DNA of 35,614 nt from Octopus bimaculoides (taxonomy: Eukaryota). This document shows, piece after piece, positions 24,318-35,541 of this stretch (position 1 is the first letter of the stretch; each line of letters begins with the position of its first letter). The translations under genes and the position numbers were made by a program. The notes below the pieces were generated by a model. The model did not search any database. It saw nothing but the letters and a program-made list of their open reading frames with translations, and was not told where the DNA came from. The DNA lies in contig NC_068986.1 of the NCBI RefSeq assembly GCF_001194135.2, positions 898,479 to 934,092 on the forward strand, written 5' to 3'.

Positions 24318-24960
24318 TGGTAGACAGAAGCGAAAAGAAGCCCATCATGCATATATATATATATATATACCGGAGTAAGCACATGAAATGTGCAACAAGG
24401 TGGAAAAAAGAGTACTCAAATACCAGAGGTAGAGTAATATGCTTTATTTAAAAGCAGCAGAAATATAACAAAAAAACCGTTACTCTGNNNNNNNNNNNNN
24501 NNNNNNNNNNNNNNNNNNNNNNNNNNNNNNNNNNNNNNNNNNNNNNNNNNNNNNNNNNNNNNNNNNNNNNNNNNNNNNNNNNNNNNNNNNNNNNNNNNNN
24601 NNNNNNNNNNNNNNNNNNNNNNNNNNNNNNNNNNNNNNNNNNNNNNNNNNNNNNNNNNNNNNNNNNNNNNNNNNNNNNNNNNNNNNNNNNNNNNNNNNNN
24701 NNNNNNNNNNNNNNNNNNNNNNNNNNNNTAAGTTTGTGAGTATGTATGTGTGCTTCACTGCTTTGAGATTATGTTGAGATAGTGTGATAGTTGTAAACGA
24801 GTCTATTCATGCAGAAGTATCACCTGATTTGGAAACAAGTCACAATTGATGACAGGAAGGGCATCTGCCCATAGAAAATCCACCTCAAACAATTCCATTT
24901 GACCATGTGAGCATGGAAAAGTGGATGTTAAATGATGAGGACAATGGTGATAGTGATGTT
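24318..24960 (+). mobile_element. Interrupted SINE A (end of head plus A2 tail)
   Basis: GGATTTGGTAGACAGAAGCGAAAAGAAGCCC at 24318. The tail GACAGGAAGGGCATC..CCATGTGAGCATGGAAAAGTGGATGTTAAATGATG follows the gap. Confidence 0.7.
24370..24487 (-). mobile_element. Possible Penelope-like element terminal-repeat fragment
   Basis: Resembles, from memory, an abundant octopus repeat end (reverse strand ..GAGTAAC..AAATAAAGCATATTACTCTACCTCTGG..). It carries AATAAA on the minus strand and is cut by an N-gap. No coding evidence. Confidence 0.35.
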
Positions 24961-25093
24961 ACTATACTCCTTTACTCGTTTCAGTCATTGGACTGTAGCC
25001 ATGCTGGAGCACTATCTTGTAAAAGAAACCTATACTCACACACGCACACACACACATATATATATATATGTATGTTTAATATATATCGTTAGC

Positions 25094-25300
25094 AAGATGG
25101 TGAGATAGCAAAATCATTAGCACACTATATAAAATGCTTAGCAGCATTTTGTCCATCATTATGTTCAAATCCTGCCAAGGTAAACTTTGTCCTTCATCCT
25201 TTCAGGGTCGATAAAATAAGTACAAGTTGAGCACTGGAGTTGATATAATCGACTTGTCCCGCCCCCTGAAATTGCTGGCCTTGTGCCAAAATTTGAAATC
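25094..25300 (+). mobile_element. SINE family C
   Basis: AAGATGGTGAG..TTAGCAC..GTTCAAATCC..CTTTGTCCTTCATCCTTTCAGGGTCGATAAAATAAGTAC..GGCCTTGTGCC, then (ATT)n. Confidence 0.88.
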
Positions 25301-25324
25301 ACTATTATCATTATTATTATTATC

Positions 25325-25540
25325 AAGATGGTGAACTGGCAGAATTATTAACATGGCAGGCAAAACGCTTGGCAGCATTTCGTCTGTCTTTACGTTCTGA
25401 ATTCAAATTCTGCTGAGGTCAACTTTGTCTTTTATCCTTTCAGGGTCGATAACGTAAGTACTATTTGAACACTGGAGTCGATGTAATTAACTTACCTGCT
25501 TCCCACAACTTGCTGGCCTGGTTCCAAAATTTGAACCAAT
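25325..25540 (+). mobile_element. SINE family C, second head-to-tail copy
   Basis: Same motifs as the preceding copy; begins right after its (ATT)n tail. Confidence 0.88.
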
Positions 25541-26324
25541 CTACATAGATCATTAGCATGTTAATTATGCCTGCAGAGTAATTTATCTGGAAGTATTGAA
25601 CTTCTATATTTATTTATTTATTTTGTTTGGCAGTGGAAGTAAGAATCGAGGGTGTACAGTGGTTATTTCTTTTTATTATCACACCAGGTACCATCATCAT
25701 TGATACCTTTACGCACAGAAATGATAAATTTTTGAGACATGCATGCGTAAAAACCTGTGAAACAGGCGGAGAAGCTCATGCACAAAGTGAAGTTAGTGCA
25801 CAAAGCTTGAATGGTTGCAGAATGAAGAAAGAGTAAAATGGAGAAAGTAGACCAACCAGCAAAAGGAAAATAAATAATAAATAAAATAAAATAAGCAAAA
25901 ACAAAAACAAATCTTAACCTCCCCTCCCCTATATTGTAGTTCTATCCAATTGGTCTTTCTGTCTGTCTGTCTGTTCAGAACTCTCAATGGTGTTACTATC
26001 TTCCTTTCTTTCATTTTTATATATTTATTTGTCCTTATTATGTATGTATTTATTGTCATTTTCTTTTTTTCTTTTTGCTTCTTTGTGTGTTTGTATTTTG
26101 TGTTTTGTAATGCATTTTCTTTTGTTTTTTTGGGTTTTTTTTTTGGCAGAAATGCATCCAGATGCTAACAATGTCTATTTTTAGTACGTCATAACAGTAT
26201 GGCAAAGCAGGTAGATTATGACGCATACATGCCAGTGGAGGAGTATAAACAGGCAACTTTATTATATGCTTAATGGAGCAGTGTAGGAGGAGAGGGTTGG
26301 AGTAAGAAAGGTAAGTGAATAAAG

Positions 26325-26442
26325 GCAGACAGACTGACAGATAGATAGAAAGGTAAACAGAGAGGTAGATAGAAAGATAGGTATACAAAGAGATAAATAA
26401 GTAGACAGAAATACAATCAGGTAGATAGATAGACAGATAGAC

Positions 26443-26525
<83 letters not shown>

Positions 26526-26530
26526 CAGAC

Positions 26531-26573
<43 letters not shown>

Positions 26574-28650
26574 GGGTCAGAGAAAGAGAGAAAGAGGAAA
26601 AAAAACAGACAAATATAAGTAGATATAGAAATATAGACAGAATGAGAGAGAAGAGGAGGGGAGAGGGGAGAGAGAGAGAGAGGGGGGGGGAAAGAGAGTG
26701 TATTTGATAAGCTGGCAGAATAACTGGTTGGCAGACAGACAGTCAGACAGTCAGACAGGCACACTAGCTGATAGACCCAAACAAGACTAGCAAAGCAGGC
26801 AGGCAGGAAAGACAGCGGATCAGTAGCCAGGCAGATAAGATAGAATTCTTCCATAGACACAAAATCTCAGATTTATAGGGGAGGCAAAATAAGATAATGC
26901 AAGTTTCATGCATTTCTCTTAGACATCAGAAATATAACTGGATTGAAATGTCTACAACTGGGAACTGAAACCAGATTGCAGACTCAACTCAGCAATAATT
27001 TACTCTGACAGAGAGAAGGTTGGGATAATGGTGAATGTGGTACTAAAAGACAGAATGGAATAGACAAGCTGTCAAATAGATAGCTAGACAGACAAATAAG
27101 TGGTCACATATTTAGACATATAGACAGATGGTTAATTGGATATCAGTCAGACAAGCAAGCAGAAATCTATACAAATAGACAACCAATAGACCAGACAAAT
27201 AAGTAGAATGACAGATAGACAAATAGACAAACAGGTAGATAAACAAATAATGAGATAGACAAATGGGTAGACAATAGATAGACAGAGAAATAGAGTCAAA
27301 TATGTGGACAGACAGACAAATAGGGAAACGGAAAAGTAGATAGACAGACAATTATGTAGACAAACAGCTAAAGGGATAGAAAGAGTTAGATAGAAAAGTA
27401 GGTGGACAAATAGAGAGACAGAAAGAAACAGGAAGACAATGAGAAAACAGAGATAGAGGAAAATAAACAGCTAAACAGACAGACAGGCAGGTAGATAGTC
27501 AGACAAATAGACCAGGAGACAAATAGATAAATAGCTAAATAGACAAATAAGTTGATAGGCAAATAGGCCGATAAATAGATAGACATACAAATGGACAGAT
27601 AGACATATAAATAGGCAAACAAATGAATTGACAGAGAGAAAAATAGATACACAAATAAACAAAGACATTGACAGAAAGACAAATAAGTGGTCCTATAAAT
27701 AGAGAAATAGAAAGTCAGGCAAATGCAGCGATAAAAACAGAAAAATTGACAAATAGGTAGACAGACAAATCGATAAATAAATTGACAGACAGACAAATAG
27801 ATAAGCAGAAAAATAAACAGACAAATAGATAGCCAAAGTGAGCAGACAGAGAAATAGAGAGATAGGCTAACAAAATGACAGAAAAATAGGGAGACAGATA
27901 AGCAGATAGACAGAGAAATAGATAGACAAAAGCATGGATAGACAAAAAGAGAGAAAACTAATCTGGCAGACAGACAAATAGATAGATATACAAACGAACA
28001 GACAGACAGACAGACACACAAAGAGATGGATAATTTGGTAGAAATAAACTGGGACACAGACAAATAAAAAGGCAGGCAAATAGACAGAGTGAGAGAGAAA
28101 AAGAAAGGGAGAGATAAATACAAGTAGATAGACAAGCAGACAGACAAATAGATAGGTGGACAAATACATTGACTGACAAATACTTAGACAGTCAAACACG
28201 TGTACAGGAATAGTCCAATTAACAGAGAGATACACAAATAAGACTTGACTGCCAAAAAAGATAGACAAATAGACAAACAGAAATGAACAGACAGATAGGC
28301 AGATGGACACATAGGGTAGACAAAAAAAAAAGATTTACAGACAATAGACAGATATAGAAAGACAAATAAAACTGAAGATACACACAACATAGATAGGCAA
28401 ATAAGTAGACAGACAAATATAGAGACTAACAGATAACCTGGTAGACTGACGTACAAACAAATGAACAGACAAACAAATGAACAGACAAACAAATGAACAG
28501 ACAAACAAATGAACAGACTAATAGACAGACACACAAATGACAGTCAAATAAATAGACAAATAGCCTAATGGTTAGACAAATAGACAGACATGTTGGCTGA
28601 CAGCTTGATGAATATAGACATATAGACAAAAAGGATATAGACATAGACAC
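26325..28650. repeat. ~2.3-kb degenerate purine-rich GATA/GACA tetranucleotide array
   Basis: Pure (GATA)n at about 26422-26571, with long degenerate AGAC/AGAT/AAAT arrays. A 16-bp unit AAACAAATGAACAGAC occurs four times at 28455-28518, and an unrelated island lies at about 26860-27060. Confidence 0.95.
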
Positions 28651-28673
28651 CCTCTCTCTCTCTCTCTCTCTTT

Positions 28674-28709
<36 letters not shown>

Positions 28710-28800
28710 NNNNNNNNNNNNNNNNNNNNNNNNNNNNNNNNNNNNNNNNNNNNNNNNNNNNNNNNNNNNNNNNNNNNNNNNNNNNNNNNNNNNNNNNNNN

Positions 28801-28836
<36 letters not shown>

Positions 28837-29135
28837 AAATGATGGTGACAGGTGGGGGATATGTAGCTGAGAAATAATTAAATTATTTGAAAGCAATCCT
28901 GCCAGAAGAAAATGCTGAATGAAGTTATTCCCATGATTGTGAGAAATATGTAGTCCTTACCAGTTAAAGTTGGTTGACTGAAGTAAGGAAAACATATAAA
29001 GATGGTAAAGGATAAAATATTGAGAAAGGGATTTATTAGGTTTCAAAAATGAGTTGTTGTTAGCCACTGGTGCAAGGAAGAACTGCAGAGGGAATAAATC
29101 AGACAAAGAATTATTGAAATAAATTGGTTAAGGGC

Positions 29136-29346
29136 TTCAAATTTTGACACAAGACCAGTGATTTTGAGGTGAGGGTTTCATTGATTACATCGACCCAGCG
29201 TTTGACTGGTACTTATTTTATCCACCCTGAAAAGATGAAAGGCAAAGTCTAGCTTGGTGGAATTTGAACTCAGAATTTCATGAGCCAGAAAACATACGGC
29301 AAAGCATTTTGTCTACACTCTACCAGTTCTACTAGTTCACTGCCTT
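29136..29346 (-). mobile_element. SINE family C
   Basis: Reverse complement aligns with 29667-29874. Confidence 0.85.
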
Positions 29347-29666
29347 AGATAGAGTAATATAAGTCTGTAAGACTGACGGTAGCAACTACATTTTTTTGCT
29401 GCAAAACTGTTTCCCTATTCTACTTGAATCTTCCGTATATCACAAATTTGAATAGGTGTGTGCTTTCCTTAAATCACATAATAAAATAAAAGAAAGTTAC
29501 GCTTCAAGAGACCAACCTTGAAATGTAATGAAATTTCCACACGACTGCATAACCACAAAATTGCATATCAGTTTGACACAGTGTTTATCTCATATATATC
29601 ACATAATCAGCAGAAAAAGAATGTCATTATCAAAGTATAACTTCATTTATTATTTTCAAACGTGGC

Positions 29667-29874
29667 AAGGCAGTGAGCTGGCAGAATCGTTAGCACACCA
29701 GGCAAAATGCTTAGCAGCATTTCATTCAGCTTTACATTCTGAGTTCAAATTCCACCGAGGTCAACCTTGCCATTTATCCTTTTCTGAGTTGATAAAATAG
29801 GTACCAGTTAAACAATGGGGTCAGTGTAATCAACTTAACCCCTTCCCAAAAATTGTTGGCCTTGTGCCAAAATC
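29667..29874 (+). mobile_element. SINE family C
   Basis: AAGGCAGTGAGCTGGCAGAATCGTTAGCAC..GAGTTCAAATTCCACCGAGGTCAAC..GGCCTTGTGCC. Confidence 0.9.
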
Positions 29875-30228
29875 ATTATTTTTTATTATTATTATTTATG
29901 GTTTCCTTTCATTATAACTTTATTTCAGCTGCCTTAGTACCGGGCATCCTCTGGAGGCCAAGAGTAGCAAGGGCACCTTTGTTTTGCTATGCTTACTAAA
30001 ATTATCCCTACATTTATTCCATTTTAGAAGGAGAGTGCTTTCCATAGTATATGGGCTGTACATAGAAATTTTATGTTGGAAAAAATAATATATATATTTA
30101 TGAAAATAAATATTTACATTGCCAACCAGTTTCACTTATGCTGAAATATTTTTCCAACATAAAATTTCTGTGCATTTTCTTTCTTTTTATTTTTTATTGC
30201 ATTTCACCATGTAAATCTTTACACATTA

Positions 30229-30668
30229 TCATCATCATCATCATCATCATCGTTTAACATCCGCTTTCCATGCTAGCATGGGTTGGACGATTTGACTGAG
30301 GACTGGTGAACCAGATGGCTACACTAGGCTCCAATCTGATTTGGCAGAGTTTCTACAGCTGGATGCCCTTCCTAACGCCAACCACTCCGAGAGTGTAGTG
30401 GGTGCTTTTACATGCCACCGGCACGAAGGCCAGTCAGGCGGTACTGGCAACGGCCACGCTCAAAATGGTGTATTTTACATGCCACCTGCACAGGAGCCAG
30501 TCCAGCGGCACTGGCAACGATCTCGCTCAAATGTCTTTACACATGCCACCAGCACAAGTGCCAGGTAGGCGACACTGGGCACAGGTGCCATCACATTTTC
30601 GCTTGCCCCAACAGGTCTTCGCAAGCCAAGTTTAGTGTCGAATGAAGGAGACAACATTGGCATGGGTG
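30229..30668 (-). mobile_element. RTE-type 3' UTR fragment with ~65-bp internal repeat (about 3 copies)
   Basis: (ATC)n tail and shared terminus. The unit TACATGCCACC.GCAC..GCCAG..GCG..ACTGG occurs near 30408, 30475 and 30540. Confidence 0.88.
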
Positions 30669-31621
30669 AGAGAGAGAGAGAGAGGGAGAAGCATAAATAA
30701 AATGATTGAGATTATGAAGCAAGGAGGAGGTAAAGAAACAAATAGTAAAAAGAGTCAGACAAGCAAAACTTGTGATGGTAAAAGTGTAGAAATATAAAAC
30801 AAAACAGCAATAAAAGAATATGTAGAATCAAAAAATAGATATGACAGTGGAAGAAGCAAAAATGGAACCATCATTCCGGGTTATACCTTTTATCAAAGGG
30901 AAGGAAAAGGAATAGGAGTTGGAAGAGTAAAAGAAATAGAAATGAATCTAAATTTATGTTGTCAATTTACATTGCAAGCTTAGTGTAAAAAGTAAGGTGG
31001 GGAGTTGGACAGTAGAACCAGTAGTGGAAACACAATCTGGATCTGAGTGAGAATAGGTGGGGAGACAAAAAGGAAGTGAGAAAGAGGGGAAAAGAATAAG
31101 TGGTGAGAATGAGGTGGAGAGGAAGAAAGAGGGGGAGGAGGGAAAGAGAGAAGGAAAGAAGAAGGGAGAGTTAATAGGCAAAAGAGAGGGGGGGTGAAGG
31201 ACTCCAAATATCAGTGTGTGCAAGTACGTATGCACGTGTGTGTGTTGTGAAGTGCATTGTTGCCATTTATGCAGATGTTAAATAATATGTAATGTCATAA
31301 TCTTCATTATCATTTAACGTCTGTTTTCCATGGAGGTATGGGTCTGGACAAAATGTGTTAAAGAATATAAAAGGTCATGAATCTGTGTCAGCTAAATATA
31401 TATAAATATGCACACACACACACACAACTGTATATATACACACATACAAATACATGTGCACACAACTATATATATACCTGTGCACACACAGTCTAGTGGT
31501 TATGCCTGTGCATAAATTTGATGTGATATGGATGTATAGGATGAGTGTGTCACAAATGAGAGCTATCTACGTATGATAATTGCATGTGGTGTGTTATGGT
31601 GAGGAGATGTATGCATATGAT

Positions 31622-31728
31622 GAGCTTCCATACAGTTTTCATTAGCAAATTCACTTAAAAGGCATTAGTGGGATTGAACATGAAACCATGTGATTGTGAA
31701 GCAAACTTATTAACCACACAGTTATGCA
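31622..31728 (-). mobile_element. Diverged SINE family A head fragment
   Basis: Reverse complement reads CTGTGTGGTTAATAAGTTTGC..CACATGGTTTC..GTTCAATCCCAC..GAAAACTG..GGAAGCTC. Confidence 0.65.
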
Positions 31729-32085
31729 TATGCTTACAGGATATGTAAAACTGAAATGAATACTCTACCTAATTCATATATTACCATTACACAATAACAT
31801 ATAATCTGTGTTGTTGATAATTTTATCATTGTCATTAATGACAGTGCAAAAGTTACATCAAAATTAGCATGCTTGTATTTATACAACAGCAAAAAAAGAT
31901 TACACATTATCTTTTTTATATTGCTATATGCATCTTATCTTGGCACAAACATTACAAGGCAACCTCACTCACACTAGTACCACAATACAATATAGCCAAT
32001 ACACTCTATAGAGTGATTGGTAAATGAGTGGGAGACAATGTAGGATTGAATAAATCATTTAGTCTGGTTGAGAACATGACAACAT

Positions 32086-32348
32086 CTCTAGTGTTGGTGC
32101 CATAATAAAATGCACCTCTTATACTCTGTAAAATGGTTGGTGATGACAGAAAGAGCATCAAGTTATAGAAACTAAGCTAGAATTGGAAGACACAAGTGTG
32201 ATATGGTCCATCAACCAGTCTAGGAAAACAGAAGCTCTGAATAAGGACTGAAATGGACCATAACAACCCATTTTGTTTATATCAGCATGCAAAGTAAAAT
32301 CTAAAATGATGATAGTAATAATTATGGCAACAACAATGATGATGATGA
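32086..32348 (+). mobile_element. Highly diverged RTE-type 3' tail
   Basis: GGTGCCATAATAAAATGCAC..ACTCTGTAAAATGGTTGG..AGCATC..TAGAAAC..(GAT)n. Confidence 0.6.
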
Positions 32349-32362
32349 TATATGTGATGCAG

Positions 32363-32791
32363 AAGGTAGCGAGCTAGCAGAAACGTTAGCATGCCAGGCG
32401 AAATGCTTTGCGGTATTTCGTCTGCTGCTATGTTCTGAGTTCAAATTCCACCGAGGTCGACTTTGCCTTTCATACTTTCGGGGTCGATTAAATAAGTACC
32501 CGTTATACACTAGGGTCAATATAATCGACTTAATCCATTTGTCAGTCCTTGTTTGTCCCCTTTGTGTGTAGCCCCTTGTGGGCAGTATAGAAATAAGAAA
32601 CGTTAGCACGCCAGGCGAAATGCTTAGACGTATTCCGTCTGTCTTTAGGTTCTGAGTTCAAATTCTGCCGAGATTGACTTTGCCATTCATCCTTTCGGGG
32701 GCGATAAATTAAGTACCAGTTGCATACTGAGGTCAATCTAATCCTGGCCCCCTCCCCAAAATTTTTGGGCCCTGTGCCTAGAGTAGAAAAG
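32363..32791 (+). mobile_element. Dimeric SINE family C with 16-bp target-site duplication
   Basis: Two C monomers; the second lacks the first ~17 nt. Flanked by identical GATATATGTGATGCAG at 32347-32362 and 32792-32807. Confidence 0.92.
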
Positions 32792-32829
32792 GATATATGT
32801 GATGCAGCTTACTGTAAAGAATCCCTATA

Positions 32830-33210
32830 CAGGCATGGCTGTGCGGTTAAGAAGCTTGCTTTGCACAAACATGGGTTTGAGTTCAGTCCAACTGTGTGGC
32901 ACTTTGGGCAAGTGTCTTCTACCAATGCCCTGTGTGTGAATTTGACAGATGGAAACTATGTGGAAGCCTGTCATAAAATGTGTGAGTGTGTTATGGATTT
33001 GCGTTTGTCTCTCTTACCACCACTTAACAACCAATGCTGGTTTGTTTACATCTCTATAATTTAATGGTTTGGCACAAGAGACCAAAAGAAGCTCCAGACT
33101 TAAGAGAGTAAGTAGTGGAGTTGATTTGTTTGACTAAAACCTTCATGGTAGTGCTCCAGCATGGTTGCAGTTCAATGATTGCAACAAGTAAAACATAAAA
33201 TGTAAAAGAT
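32830..33210 (+). mobile_element. SINE family A with A1 tail
   Basis: Collinear with 2356-2754. Confidence 0.87.
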
Positions 33211-34628
33211 GTCCTATATATTTTCTTTCTCTAATGTCCTCCTGAACTACTATTTCATTGACTAATTAACACACACACATGCATGCACACACACACACAC
33301 ATGCATGTGCACGTTCACACACACACACACACACACAGATAATATGGAACACTGATGACTAGACTAACCATGAAGAACTGAAGATTATGTTGGCTGTTTT
33401 ACACAAGTGGCTTATTCCAGGAGATCCGTTATCATTTAATATCATTTAAGTAAGAGCAAAATGAAGGCCCATGGTGGTTTCACTGACAAAAAAACCATTG
33501 TTTATTTCCAGAAACCTAACAAGAAAGACATTTACAAATAGTTGCCCATTGTCCAACGAAAGAAAACAGTAGGAATGTTAACAAGATCATGGAAACAGCA
33601 TAAAAATATAAAATTTTGATTGGAATATGGAACACCTAACGAAATTAATGTATAAGTTATTGGCATGAAAATAACAAATGAATGTTTTATTGCTTTGTTA
33701 ATACAACATTAAAAGAGTCTAATATCAATGTAGTATTTAATACTCTAGATTATTAGAACCTTCTAGTTACAGAGTAGATATTAAATCCACAATAGAAACA
33801 GTGCCAGAAAGAGGAGCTTCTGAAAAGAGTTTAAGTGGAAATGTTAACTTGGGAAAATGCCATAATATTAGATAGAAGCTAGCGAAATTCAGATACACCC
33901 ACAACTTGTAAAATTTCACATAAATATTATTCATGAAGTTGTATCAACATCAGTACGTATTAAACTGAGGAAATACCATTAGAAATATCTCTGCTTTAGA
34001 AGCAGCAGAAGAACATCCAGACAAAATGTCATCTGTCACTCTAGTGAGAAAAACTAGCACTAAAATAAAGTGCTACACATTATTTCAAGATCAGCAAGAG
34101 GAAGAATTATTAATCTGAATGGAAGGAAACAAATGAGATAAAAGTGCATATTAGGAGAACATTTTTGTTTTTGTAACAATATTGTATAAATACAAAAGGT
34201 AACACAACACCTGTAACTACAAGAGGGCATTAGTAATGTGTTTTTAACCTTGGTGTTAGAAAGAAAATAGAGGCAGAAATGGTTTTCAATCATATGTAAT
34301 TAGTTGAAGACAATTAAAAAGGTTTAGTGTGTGTAAGGATGCAAGAAGGAGAATCTATATAAGAAGAATATAATAGCAAAAGTATGACATAAAAATGATA
34401 ATCTTTCCAGTGGATCTATCACATCAGAAGAATCTACTGTTATATTTTGGTAAGGTTCTACAAGCTTGTGCAATACACATAGTTCTGTGGTGTCTATTCC
34501 AAAGACATCAATTTCTTGGCAACATAAACCTGAAAGTGTAAAATTGTTCTTGCTGCTGCTCTTGCTGGTGGTGATAAAGAAAAGGAGGAAAGAGGAGGTT
34601 GTGGTGCAGAAGCATTTTTATTCATTTT

Positions 34629-35045
34629 TGTTGTTGTTTTTGTTGTTTAACCCTAGGTTAACCCTGATCCAAAAGACCTTATGATGAAATCTTTTCCTGC
34701 TGTGACCAACCCCTTTTTTTTTTTTTTTTTACTTAGGAACGGTGAACTGATGACCTAAGATAGTACATGATACAGGTGTTGACTACTGAAACATGACAGT
34801 AATGTTTCTTTACATCAGGTCTGAAAATTTTTATTTTCATTTATGTATTTTATAAGTCAATTTCTGAAAGATAGTTCCATTGATCAATTCCAGCAGATCA
34901 ATCACTGTTCGTGATATTTTTGATAGAGGGTCAATGGGTTTTTTTTTTTTATTACTTTGCTGATGTTTGTACAACAACAGCATCCCATATATGGGTGAAG
35001 TACTCTAATGAGGGTTTTATTAGCGGTTTCTAGAGTATCACATAT
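34629..35045 (-). mobile_element. LINE 3' remnant (CR1/L2/Jockey group) with (AAC)n tail
   Basis: Minus-strand KPLIKPSLEYFTHIWDA matches the post-RT motif YK.LIRP.LEY.S.IW. A (GTT)n tract on the plus strand marks the 3' end. Confidence 0.65.
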
Positions 35046-35264
35046 TAAGGTGGCATTGAAAAGTTCCTGGCTTTGAGGGTATCACAAAAGCCTGGCTGGA
35101 GGCCCCACCTTCTGAGTTCTTTTACAAGGCTTAGAAAAACTGAAGGACCGCTGCAATAAGTGTGTAAATCTGAGAGAGGATTATGTTGTATAAAATCATA
35201 ATTAACTGATCCTCCTGTATTTTCTTTCAACCAAGGCCAGGAACTTTTCAGCATCCCCCTTTTA
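35046..35264 (+). mobile_element. Mariner-derived MITE retaining the transposase C-terminus
   Basis: TA-flanked TIRs (TGAAAAGTTCCTGG / CCAGGAACTTTTCA). The interior encodes GLEKLKDRCNKCVNLREDYV*, matching the mariner C-terminal motif GI.KL..RW.KC....G.Y. Confidence 0.9.
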
Positions 35265-35420
35265 AAGTTGCATGGCTAAGTGGTTAGGGTGTTGGGTTCA
35301 TGATTGAAGAGTCATGGGTTTAATTCCTGGAGCAGTCCTCATATTTTTGTCCTTGAACAAGGCACTTCCTTCAATGTTGTTCCTGACTATTCAACTGAAA
35401 ATGAGGACCACTTGCGTGTC
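35265..35420 (+). mobile_element. SINE family B head
   Basis: GCATGGCTAAGTGGTTAGGG, GGGTTTAATTCC, GTCCTTGAACAAGGCACTT. Confidence 0.8.
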
Positions 35421-35541
35421 AGCCCTCCCTCTCTCTCCGGCTGAAAACATTCTTACTGTTTTGATGATTCAAGGGTTGAGAAAGTATTTATGTCTGCTTC
35501 ACACTACATAGTCACCTAAAACAACTAGCGAAAGCATGGTA

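Noticed and set aside
26185-26310. Plus-strand exon-like segment with a good acceptor and a perfect AAG/GTAAGT donor
   Set aside because: It has stops in all three frames and no homology I recognise; chance or non-coding.
193-28896. Many ORFs rich in HT, CV, YI, LS or RE repeats, including the 253-aa ORF at 27386-28147 and ORFs containing X
   Set aside because: They are translations of microsatellites, the GATA/GACA array or N-gaps, not genes.
33340-34330. Possible ancient LINE endonuclease remnant (LIGIWN-like)
   Set aside because: Only weak fragments; no GDFN or SDH motif found.
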